DNA of 64,000 bases from Oikopleura dioica (taxonomy: Eukaryota; Animalia; Chordata): positions 8,494,001-8,558,000 of the forward strand of contig OU015569.1 in assembly GCA_907165135.1 (NCBI GenBank), in the 5' to 3' direction. This document shows positions 24,288 to 35,501 of this stretch, piece after piece. A program made the translations under genes and the position numbers. Within the stretch, counting starts at the first letter, position 1; each line of letters starts with the position of its first letter. The notes under the pieces are model-generated. The model saw only the letters and a program-made list of their open reading frames with translations. It did not search any database and had not been told where the DNA came from.

Positions 24288-26374
24288 TCTCGATCAAATA
24301 AAGCTCGTTGCCATCGCGGCTAAAAAATACCCCTAAGATGATCATTTTTTGATGGGTCATAGAAGTCTTCAGACCTGAAGGCTTACTATTTTTTAACAAC
24401 GAAAAAACCGAATAGGTAAACATAAAAATTATTGTATAACTTTCCCTTCCCAAATAATTTTCCTTTCATTGTTGAATGAATCATACTCGGAGCAAGGTCA
24501 TATTCTGAGCCTCAAGTGTATCTAACCTGTCTTACCGGCACGAGCAAATACATTTAAGTTGGGTTTAATTTTCTAACCGGAAAAAAAAAGTAATAATATG
24601 TTAGAAAGCAATCAGCGATCGTAAGTAAACAAATCATTTCATGTCGCCGTGAAAATATTTACCAAGCAACTTACTGTAAACTGTATGTATCTAGGAAGAT
24701 TCTTTTCCACTCTCTAAATTGGTTTTACTCTCTTCTAGTGTTTTCCTCGTTGTTTTTGAGTTCGATTGACAGGAATTTTCGAGAAGTTTGTTGTTTCCTC
24801 GTCGACTGACTTCCGCTTTCTTAGGGTTGTCTTCTGATGGCGGAGGTGCTGCTAGTTGCACCAGACTGAGTTTTGGAGTAGATGCTTTGATTAGCTATTT
24901 ACTCAGAATGTTGCTCGGGGCTACAGCGCTCTACACACTTCTTTCAAGTAGTGAACTTGAGTTGGGTTCGCTGGCTGATCAGAGCAGAGCGCGGGCGGCT
25001 CTTCTTCTTTTCAAAGAGTAAAACGATCCTCTCGAAAAAATGGTGATTTTTTGGCTCTGGCTCCTTTGGCCAGATACTAACTTCATGTGATGCACGTGGC
25101 TGGCTCGAACACGTGACCACACCGGTTTGAAAACAAAGTAGCCGCGGACGAGTAGCCGGCCCGTCGATACGTCCTCCACTGTCCCGAGGGATGACGGACA
25201 GCCGAGGGGGCCAATCGTCAGAAAGAGCCTACGCGTTGACGCCGAAAACAGCAACTCCGTCGATAATTTTGGCAGAGGCACGTATTTTTTAGGAAAAGAA
25301 ACTCAGATGACCTCTCAACTGTCGCGTTGGTGGGTGCTTGGCAATGACCTTCAGCTACTGACCAGCGCCAGAAACAAGAGACAAATCTGATCGAGCCCTC
25401 AGAGCATCCAAATGAGCATCAAATATCTAGATGTCCTCCTCGGAGCGTTTTCTCGCCGCCGAAGGCCGGTAAAGGACATTTACTAGACGAGGTCTTGACA
25501 AAAGCCTTGTCAAAGATTGTGCTTCCTCTGCAGAATACAAAAGAACAAAGAAACTACTCAAAAACAGGGTCAATAGAGTAGCGCTTTTCAGAATTCCGTC
25601 GCAATTAATCATTGACCGTGCCGTCGGCAGGGCCGCCCGGCAACCATTCCAGAAGTTCAGCAAATACCGAGCACTCCTCCGATATTGCCTCGTAAAATGT
25701 GACGAATCATCATTTATTTTGTCTTCAATTCTATGCTTATTTGTATAAGACCATTACGGTGAAATAAGAAAACAAATGTCGAAATTCGATTGAGCTCGAT
25801 TGTAAGCGTATCTAAAAGTACACTCAGCCCATCTCTTGAGCAAGAATGTGCGCAAAACTGACGAAAGGCAATAAGGAAGAGACTAATTTAAGTCCTTTTA
25901 TTACGAAGCCGGCCTTCCGACAGTAGAATCTTATCCGTAATTACTTCGGCATTCATTGAATATTCAAACGATATTCTCGAGGAGGCTCCTGAATAAGCTT
26001 AAAACTACTCGATTGGAACTGTGGCCCTGAATTTTATGAATACCGACTGACAAACAAAACACTTTGTCGCTTCGACAACCCGGCGCCGTGTTTTCGAAAT
26101 GGTGTTTTTTACGCTATAGTTAATGCGTAATAACTAATAATAAGGATACTCTTGATGAAGGACTACTGGAACGTACAGCTTACGAACCTGAAAGCTCTAC
26201 GTTCCGATTGCTACCGGGGGTTTTTTATTACTTGATCTTGTTTTCGGAGAAAAGAGTCAGTAACCAACTCCAATAAATAATTTGGTTTCCAGAACGTTAA
26301 TCTAGGGAGGAGACATAAGGACAGAGCGGTTGAAAGACAATTTCGTTCTTATTTAATTGACAAGGGTTGTCTAT

Positions 26375-27292
26375 TTACTCATCGTCTTCCTCTTCGGCGG
26401 CTCGGACTCGGTGAAGCTCTCGGATCTTGGCGTTGAGGACGGCGTCGCAGTACATGAGACCTTCAGGCTCGGAGAGAGTCATCTCAATTCGTCGCTCGTG
26501 GGCAGCGGTGGTTCGTCGGATAACTGGAAATTAACTGGATAATAATTATTGGATAGTAGAGAACTTACATCCGAATTCCCAGTAGGCGAAGTGAACGGTG
26601 AAAAGAGCGAGCATTCCCCACCAGATCATGCTCATTCGGCTTCCCATATCATACCTGGAAGATTCCGGTAGATTAATTAACTCTCTATTTGTTCACTTAC
26701 TGTTGGGACCAGATTGGGGGAACAGCGAGGTGTCCCTTAGCGGTAGATCGCTGGAAGGAACCTTCTACGACCTCGACAACCTTGGGAGCTTGCTGAAAAT
26801 TTTAATTAAACTAATGCTGAATCATTTTGTATATCTTCGGTTATCTTAAATTTAGATTCTATATTATAGTCTATAATTTATAGACTCTATAATATAGAAT
26901 ACTGACAATATATTGTTTTTATCAATGTTTTTAAGGCTGAAGAATAGCATCACACAATAGCATCAAAGAGCTTTAGCATCTACAAATTAAGATTTCATGA
27001 TGTCTAAACAGTATACTAGAAAGTGTATAGTCTAACCTGTGTAGAGGTAAGGCTTCGTTATTATAGTTAATTGTCGTGCGATTATTTTTAAAGGGCTTTT
27101 GATGTAAATAATATATGCATATGATATGTGTTCACAGAGATTCATAAAAATCATGTGAATCAATTTCTCACAACTCATAAACTAACTCATTAAAATATTT
27201 TCATGGTCAAAAATAAGAAAGATCGCGCCTCGTCTTACCTGAACGGCTCCGGTTCGGGAGAAAACTCGGGCGGCGAGGCTTCGTCGGAGCAT
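26375..27292 (-). CDS. Small nuclear-encoded mitochondrial single-pass membrane protein; possibly a divergent respiratory-complex accessory subunit
   Basis: Four exons with canonical sites: transit-peptide-like MLRRSLAARVFSRTGAVQ, TM helix MSMIWWGMLALFTVHFAYW, C-terminus ...RAAEEEDDE-stop. Codon bias suggests high expression. Confidence 0.75.
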
Positions 27293-27826
27293 TCTGAACA
27301 AAAATCAACGATTACTACGGAAGAATGATTATTATTTGATGTTTTTTCTTTTTTAATAATAAATTCTCTTTTGTTTAATGAAGAAGGTGACTCAGGTTAC
27401 TCGCGCGGCGCCCTGAAATGACTCAACGCTTTGTGAGATCATCTACTAAGATTGTAATGAAAAAATCGCCGTTCGAGTTACCAGAGCAAAATTTGAGATC
27501 AAATGAAAGGATGGCAGTAAGATAAAAACCGACAATATGAACTAAGAAGCAGAATTTGTTGAAGAAGCCTGCTTCAAGCAGGTTGAATGACGGGAGAACG
27601 GGCCGAAAACAGTCGCGTTGGCAATCTAAAATAAATGATTCTAGAGAAAGCTTCTCGGTCGATGATGACACCCTTAGCAGAAGTAGTGACTCTGGTTAAG
27701 TTTGAAGTGATTCAGCATGACAAATTAAAGATGGTACAATTGTGCAACCAGCAACGAGAATCAAAATCTTTGATTTTCAAGTGATGTGAGAATCAATTAA
27801 AGCGATGCAATGCAAGCGACATGATC

Positions 27827-29291
27827 TTACCATATTGAAATGTGTCTCATGGCAGGCAAAACGGTTATCGGACGGCCGTGCATAAGTGTGCCAGTTATTC
27901 GGTCAACAGAGGCTTGAGCATCTCGCGCTTCAAAATAAGTAACTTCACATTTCGCATCAGATAGCTGCACTCTGTCTACACCGCCGACGCGCTCAAATAA
28001 GTCCCTATAGTTTCAATGAGTCAAAAGCAGATATCTACCCCAGTACCGTATTTCCTGTGTAGTAACAGTTATATCCAAGTTTCTAATTTCAACACGAGTA
28101 AAGGGCTCTCCGTATCCTGGTCGTGCAAGACTCGGGTCGTTCGGATCGTAAGGAGGCATCACCGGATGAGCTGGCGGCGGTCTCGTCACAGGAGGAGGAG
28201 GTGCGAAATTTCTTGGCGGATAAGTGTTTGAAAATCCGTATTTATCTTCCTCAAAGCTATCTTGCTCCATCACTTTACGCTTGTCGCCATCGATTTTTAC
28301 CATTAATTTTCGGCCACATAGTTCTTGTTGGTTCAACAGAAGCACAGCTCGGATAGCGTCTTCTTTCTTGAAACAAAAGTCAGTGTGCTTCCTCTGAAGA
28401 TGAGCATCTTACCGAGGAAAATGTAATAACAGCGAGGCCCGGTTTGGGAATGTCTACGTCTATCACCGATCCGGCGAGGGAAAAGACGTCTTTCAGTTCT
28501 GGAATCGTAACGTCAAACAAGATATTACTATAAAAGTCTTATAAGTTATAAGTTATAACGTTACTGTTATTTTACTAATTAGTGATCACTCCCGGGGTTT
28601 CACAAGAATGCCTGAACTTACTGGACAAAAATAGAATTCGAAATAGGTCCTTCTCCGAGACGCTGTATTGTATCGTCATCAACATCGAAGCCCGGTATGG
28701 CTTCTAGTATTGGAATTCCATTTAAGGTAGCCGGCGCTCCAGGTCGCCGGTCACCTGATCCGCCCAGATACCCGCTTCCAGATTGAAATTGTTTCTGTGG
28801 AAGGTTTGTCATAGAAAGACCCTATAAGAATCTGTCAATATTCAACCGTCGGACTAAACTGATATCATTTAGTCACTACTTTTGGGATTCCTATGAAAAG
28901 GAATACTCCCAAAATGACAAAAGTAGAGGCATAAGGCTCCTTACCGCGAGTTGCATACATTCACGAAGTTCGACCTCATCGCTGTCGCGAAATATTTTTA
29001 TGTCTCGCCCTTCAAAGGGCTTCCGGTGCATCTGACGAATACATGTTTCCATATCGCCGTGATTGGAAAACTCAGCGTAGCCGAACCCAGCACTGCGCCC
29101 ATCAGCAAGCTCAACGACGTTGACGAACTTAACATCACCAACAACTTCTTTGATCTTATCTGAGAGAGAGCTTGAAACGTGCACTGAGAAAGAAGGTTAC
29201 CTTTGAGGGTCTTCCACTTCACGCTGAAAGGAAGATTCTTTATAATAACTTGAAATTTTCTACGTTCGCGTGAAGGTGAAAATCGATCCAT
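27827..29291 (-). CDS. hnRNP M / MYEF2-like three-RRM protein
   Basis: RRM1 IIKNLPFSVKWKTLKDKIKEVVGDV...GRSAGFGYAEF; RRM2 SIFVHNILFDVTIPELKDVFSLAG...GRKLMVKID; RRM3 VEIRNLDITVTTQEIRDLFERVG. Confidence 0.85.
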
Positions 29292-29347
29292 GACTTTCTT
29301 AACCGAAAAACTTAAGCGAAATGGAAAATTTTCGCTTTTTGTACAAA

Positions 29348-29918
29348 GATGAATTACCATAACAATTTTTTGGCCGAAAAAAATTTTTTGAGATAATGGC
29401 ATATTCTGAAAGCCCAAGTCAAAATTAGTCGATCCCCAAATTTCTAGGGCTCAATGACGTCATTATGACGTCATTTATGATTAATAAATGTCCGAAAAGG
29501 CTCCAAATTCATGAAACTTTGGAACGTTTTTTGAGACGGTTATCGTTTAAAATATATTTTTCTGCCTATAGCATGTTGTTAGGCAGGAAAAATTACGTGG
29601 GGACCCGAGGTTAATTTTTCGAACCGACCGGTTTCGAAAATTACCGGACACTAGAACCGGTTGGTAATGATGGTTTGAGCCCGGGTCCCCACGTATTTTT
29701 TCACGAGGAATCCGAATCCGCCGAGAAAATAAGGATTAAAAAACGTTTTTGGCTCTAAAAAGCGTTTCAAAGATAAAATTTTCAAATGAGCCGGATGACG
29801 TCATAATGACGTCACATGGCCCTAGAATTTGGTGATTCTGTCTAATTTTTTATGGGCTTTCAGAATATGCCATTATCTCAAAAAATTTTTCGGCCAAAAA
29901 TTCTTATGGTAATTCATC
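29348..29918. mobile_element. 571-bp MITE with GATG...CATC termini and 4-bp TSD (CAAA); family copy 1
   Basis: About 125-bp imperfect TIRs, each with two TGACGTCA; internal inverted ACGTGGGGACCCG / CGGGTCCCCACGT. Lies about 57 bp upstream of the hnRNP M ATG. Confidence 0.85.
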
Positions 29919-30242
29919 CAAAGGTACATCTAAGCGGCCGGGAGTAAATCGTTTCAATATAAACATTAGTGTTGAAGAAGAATGCTATAACGTCTCGTGG
30001 GGACAGATGTCCAAATTAGCATTAGTTACTGAGAACAAGGATGACTATGGCGTTAGTCTACATGTTACGCCGCTATCTGTTACGACAAATATTCGGTTTT
30101 ACTGCCACAAGGATGCCGGGTATTGACGTAAATGAGTGTCGGTTTATTTCTAGAAAAAAGAAACAGAATAATTACTGATAGTAATAGAAAAATATCGTTG
30201 GAAAGTAAAAAAATATGAAAGAAAAGCGAAAAGAAGAGGAAA

Positions 30243-32446
30243 TCAATGAAGCTGCTCAGTTAGAATGGGCACTTGCTCGGGTGATGTCGACCAGAGTTTG
30301 TAAAGATTTGATGACATCTCCTCGAAAGCTTCCAGAACGCCAACATTTTCTCTAGCAGAAGTCTTAAAATCGTAAATGACTTAACTTAGGAAGAGTAACA
30401 CCTTGAAATATTTTAAGCCGAGATTATCAGCAAGGCGTCTTGCTTCTTTATCTGTTACAACGTGGCGGTCAGGATTAATGTCATCTTTATTGCCAATGAG
30501 ACAGCCGGGTACTTTGACATCTAGCGCGCGAAGCTTGCCAATCCACTTTTCGACATTATCAAATGACTTTCGATTCGTCAAATCGAAGACAACAACAACG
30601 ATAGCTGAAAGTGAATTTAACGATTGCCTGTGCTAAGTGAATACGATGAAATTCCATAAGAATTTTTCGGCAAAAAATTTTTGTGAGCTATCAGTAGGGA
30701 AGTCACTAATAATTTGAGCATTTTTTCTAGCTTAGTAGGGTGGGCATATAATACAGTTTTAGAATCCTCAGAAGCTGAGGATCATTTTGACTATTGATAG
30801 TGAGGGGTCATCTCGTACCCTGAGGGCATTTTGGTACCTCCAAAAGTCCAAAATTCTGGCCAATTTCGGAAATCCGTAGTGATGACCCCCTAACCCCCGC
30901 TTTTTCGCGCACGGTTTAGATATGTTGTAGCCCAGGCTCTGAGGGTCATTTCTAGGGGTCGGAAAGTATTGATTACCCCCATTCCAGAGGCGCTAGAGAC
31001 CTCTGAAGTTTGGGAAATCGACCAAAAATAGGTACTTTTTGGAAAAAGTGCATATTTTTCATCAGTTATGCTTTAAAAACGCCTGTTATCACTTATGCTT
31101 TCCTTTTTCAGAGTAGAGACATAGTTTGGTGTCATCTGAGGTCATTTGGGATCACTTATCATAATTTCAAGAATTTTTATAATTTTCACCTCAGATGACC
31201 TCGGATGACACCAAACAATGTCTCTACTCTGAAAAAGGAAAGCATAAGTGATAAAAAGCGTTATTAAAGCATAACTGATAAAAATATGTACTTTTTCCAA
31301 AAAGTACCTATTTTTGGTCGATTTCCCCAACTTCAGAGGTCTCTAGCGCCTCTGGAATGGGGGTAATCAGTACTTTCCGACCCCTAGAAATGACCCTCAG
31401 AGCCTGGGCTACAACATATCTAAGCCGCGCGCGAAAAAGCCGGGGTTAGGGGGTCAACACTACGGATTTCCGAAATTGGCCAGAATTTTGGACTTTGGAG
31501 GTACCAAAATGCCCCCAGGGTACGAGATGACCCCTCACTATCAATAGTCAAAATGATCCTCAGCTTCTGAGGATTCTAAAACTGTATTATATGCCCACCC
31601 TACTAAGCTAGAAAAAAAGCTCGATTATTAGTGACTTCCCCTAGCTATCAGCATATTCTGAAAGCCCGTATCAGAATTAGTAGAATCCTAAATTCTAGCA
31701 CTTGATGACGTCACGATGACGTCATCACTGATGATTGATGGTCCAGAACCGCGGAACCTTAGGTACGCTTTTTGAAGACGTTTTTGTCGAAAAAATAATT
31801 TTTTTCTTTGCAGGAGGTTGTTCAGCATCGAAAACTACACGGGAATCCGGGTTCGAACCGGCCATAACCAGCCGGTCATTTTGGCGGTTCAATTTGTAAC
31901 CGGTCGGTTCGGAAAAATTCTTCCGGATTCCCACGTAGTTTTTGATGCTGAATAACCTCCCGCAAAAAAAATTGCTTTTCAACAAAAACGTTCTCTAAAA
32001 GCGTACCTAAGTTTCTAGGATTCTTCACCTTCAATCATCAGTGATGACGTCATCGTGACGTCATCAAGTGCTAGAATTTGGGGATTCCACTAATTCTGAT
32101 ACGGGCTTTCAGAATATGCTGATAGCTCACAAAAATTTTTTGCCGAAAAATTCTTATGGAATTTCATCATACCCTACTCACCGATCATGTCAAAATGGGG
32201 CTCAATAAGCGGCTCGAATAGGTTCTCACCCGCCAAGTCGGTTAAAATAAGACAAATCTCGTCCTCCGTTTCAGTCAAGTCGATTATTTTCGAGGAAAGA
32301 TTAACTGAGGTTGTCATCTGGTAGTTCTTGGGAAACTCAGCGCCGTCTGAGACCAGTGCTTGACATAACGCTGTTTTGCCGACTGAAGCATCTCCCACTA
32401 TTCCGCATTTCACCATTAGAGTCTGGCCGTATGCATCAAAGCCCAT
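30243..32446 (-). CDS. IFT27: Intraflagellar transport GTPase IFT27 (RABL4/BBS19)
   Basis: KCGIVGDASVGKTALCQALVSDGAEFPKNYQMTT, DLAGENLF, FDLTNRKSF, PGCLIGNKDD, KYFKTSARE. Three exons; intron 1 spans 30605-32181. Confidence 0.92.
30645..32168. mobile_element. GATG...CATC MITE family copy 2 (4-bp TSD ATAC) in IFT27 intron 1, interrupted by a hAT-like foldback
   Basis: Same TIR layout and paired TGACGTCA as 29348-29918, with the interior in opposite orientation. It is 567 bp after removing the nested element and one TSD. Confidence 0.85.
30695..31643. mobile_element. 949-bp hAT-like foldback element
   Basis: 8-bp TSD GCTATCAG (30687-30694 and 31644-31651), TAGGG termini, about 450-bp near-identical inverted arms and a spacer of about 40 bp. 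Confidence 0.9.
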
Positions 32447-32528
32447 TCTGAAACGAAGAAAATAAGAGCAAATAGCAAGGCACTCAAGCACAGGTTTAAC
32501 AGCGCGAGTAGGTGTTACAGTAGTTGGT

Positions 32529-32967
32529 TTACTTGGCGAGTCCATTTTCCCGGGCAAGACGGTAGATAGAGTCGTCGGACTCACCCATGCGTCGGAGAGC
32601 GCCGCAAATGGCGAAGGTGGTGTTAGTTCGGAGCATCGTTCCGGTGGTGGGGTCTACGTCACAGAAGTTCAATTGGATTGAAGACTTGTCCTGGGTTTTG
32701 TTTAAAAGACTGATGGAATATCCCGGCATAAGATTAATATTGCTAGATCCTATCACCTATAAAAGCAGCAAAGATGTTCCCACCGTTATTTTGAAATACA
32801 CTTAAATGTATCAAGAGGTACCCAAAATGGCTCTTTTCTAACCTAATTCCCATGCCCGGCGACTTTTTAATTTTTTAAGCAATTACCTTTGCTCCAATGA
32901 GCCTGTTTGAAGCAGTGCACTTTCGGGGGATGTACAAATCAACAACACGTCCTTCGTCGTTTTGCAT
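32529..32967 (-). CDS. RPS21: 40S ribosomal protein S21
   Basis: [27 protein letters not shown] | DKSSIQLN...[21 protein letters not shown]; one 196-nt intron (32691-32886). Confidence 0.98.
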
Positions 32968-33174
32968 TTTGAGTAAATACCGAGTCTGAAAACGGACGCC
33001 GTTGAGAGTGGTATAGAATGGGGTAATATTCAAACGAAATTGCAGGTCTGGACAGAAAACGAAGAAACACACTACACAAGAGTTGCCCTTAGAATGATCT
33101 TAAAAAAGTTGTTTGATGGTTCAATTGAAATGAAGTTGAGAAATATTTTGCAATTGCAGGCGCTCTACGCATTG

Positions 33175-35279
33175 TCATCTTCTGCTACGATATCGATCGG
33201 ACCGGCGATGTCGTTCACGTGATCTGTCACGGGAGTAGCTTCTCCTCCTTCGCCTGTGTCGATCCGAGGATCGACTGCGTGATCGGCTCCGGCGATCACG
33301 TCTCCGCTCTCTGAAAACCGCTCAATAAAAATTATTCCATTGTGTGACAAACCGAGAACGCGACCGCGCTCTAGTATTTTCCGATGATGATTGTCTTTTG
33401 TTGTATTCCTCTTTGTGCTCTTCACAGTATGCCCCTAGGTCTGCAAGTCGCTTTCTCAGCTCGATAAATCCCAAGTGCAGCTTTCCACCAAAGTGATCAG
33501 CCAAACGCCGGTCGTTATCGTGAAGTCCAAGATAAGAGGAGCATACTGAGACAATAATAAAATTTATCCAAATTGAGTTAAAACTTACTGTCGCAAACTC
33601 GTAGTCTTTGTTGTTGCAAAAGCAGGGTGGCTATTTTGGATTTGGGGGTTAGTTGGAATTGGATTGGATCCAATCCAATAAGGTTTGGATGGAATTTGGA
33701 TGGCCAGGGTACCGGATTTTGTTGGGGAAAATTGGGCAATTGGGGGAAATTTGGGGAATCGGATCCAATAAAAAATATATCCCTAAGCTATGCAAAGTAG
33801 GGTCATTTTCATGATGAAAATGAACAATTTCAGATAAAAAAATCATCGTTTGGCAGAGTTGATCCTCCTTTCTGATAAAAACTTACTGTTTCCTTTCTTT
33901 TTAAAGTACTAGAAGCCTTGGAAAAATTGGAAACCCAATTGGATCCAATTGGAATTGGGGATTATTGGGAAATTGGGTAAAATTGGATTGGATTGGATTT
34001 TGGATGGATAGCTTCGACTCAAAATTTATTGGATGGAAATTGGATGGCCAGACCCCGAAATTTTGTCCAAAATAGCCACCCTGGCAAAAGTGAAGATGGC
34101 ATAGAGTTGCGGTAGTTTTGCTCTGCTTGTCTTTTTTCTTCGCGAAGGGTCTCTACATCTCGTAGAATCTGTGATACAATATAAGCAGTATTCTTTTTCG
34201 ACTGACTTACTTCCTGTGACTTTCCGACTTCGCCTTCCATTCCTGCCTTTTCCGCATCAGCAAGAAGCTTGCCGATCTTTTCATTGATTTCATGGACGCC
34301 ATTTGCTTTTTCTTCGATTTCCTTAACCGAATATGGTTACGCGAGGGTTACTTCAGCGGGATTACCTTAGATATATCGGCTTGTTTTTCAGCTAATTTAG
34401 TTTTCGAAAGTTCTATTCGTTCATCAGTTTCATCAATAAATTTCTTCAGAGCACGGTGGGCCTAAGAGTAATTTTGTGATTAGAATATGCGAATGAAAGG
34501 GAGAAGAAATATGTTGAAAATTGTGAAACACCACTTCTCTTTCATCTCGCACTTACAAACGAGTTGAGCGACTCACCGAATCGGTTTAACTATAGTTCTC
34601 GGTTGTAGAATGCGCGAGATAATATCTGGGATATTTAGAAGCAAAAAAAGATAACTCACGATTTTTATTTCCCACGAAATTTTGGTAGGTAGAAATGCCA
34701 AGACTGAGGCGACTGAATATCAAATCTTAGCTCGAGTTCTGTTTACTCGGATTGAGAAGCGGGCTCGTCAGCTGCTGTTTACCGCAGTAAAAGACGAGTC
34801 TGACTACTCTAAGCAGAAAGCGGCGAGAAACTTCATTTATGATAGTAGGAATTGCTTACAGTAATCAACTCTAAGCTTACTTACATCGAATTCATACATC
34901 AGCGAGTTGTTCTGTTGTCGGACTCTCTCGTAATCAGAGCGTAGAGCCAACGAATGTTCTAGTGGACAGTTGCCGATATCGGCTCTCTAAGAGCACATGT
35001 TATTACCCATTAAAAGATAGCATTAATGACCGTAGACGTCAGGACATCGTGTGGGCAGCATTTGAGGAGAAAGGGTCGGCAAACGTCGCGACCTTCAAAT
35101 CGGGTAGACATAGTTGGTGTCTCCCCGTCTTCATTCTAGTTTATGTTTAACATGCCCGGAAAAGTCAGATGGAAATGAAACCCTGGCTCTGTGGAAAGAT
35201 AAAAAGTTCGTCCTACCTGATCATTGCGACCCGATCCCATGAGCTCGTTGAGCATCGATCTCATATAGTCCGTAGCCAT
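33175..35279 (-). CDS. LUC7L: U1 snRNP-associated LUC7-like protein; one coding exon interrupted by a MITE
   Basis: MLNELMG, VCRPFLLKCCPHDVL, HSLALRSDYE, YRNSMP, QQQRLRVCDICSSYLGLHDNDRRLADHFGGKLHLGF and an RS-rich tail. LUC7L and LUC7L2 are not distinguishable here. Confidence 0.93.
33623..34083. mobile_element. 461-bp hAT-like MITE inserted in a LUC7 coding exon
   Basis: 18-bp perfect TIR CAGGGTGGCTATTTTGGA, 7-bp TSD GCAAAAG (33616-33622 and 34084-34090), and about 25 internal TTGG motifs. Confidence 0.92.
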
Positions 35280-35501
35280 GCTGAATGGAAACGAATTAAC
35301 TTTAGGTATTTTCAAGTGTAAAAAAATAAAAATTTGATTATAACAAAATAGATGTACAAGTGCACTTTGGGGTGATTAAAAAAATAATGAACAGAAATAA
35401 ACTTGGAAGGCAAACAGTGTGAAAAATATAAATTGAGAGAATGGTTCTATGGGAATGAAAGGACAAAGTAGGAAGTAAGTTGCAAAATGGAAAAGTTGAG
35501 A

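Noticed and set aside
26856-26900. AT-rich 45-nt hairpin in an intron
   Set aside because: Very low complexity (TATA-rich), with no TSD or second copy; may arise by chance.
31010-31330. Mirror-image ORFs on both strands
   Set aside because: A by-product of the foldback arms, not genes.
33640-34060. Dense TTGG repeats (and the 11-bp triplet at 16521-16555) as a CRISPR or satellite array
   Set aside because: No regular repeat-spacer periodicity and eukaryotic context; explained as subterminal transposon motifs.
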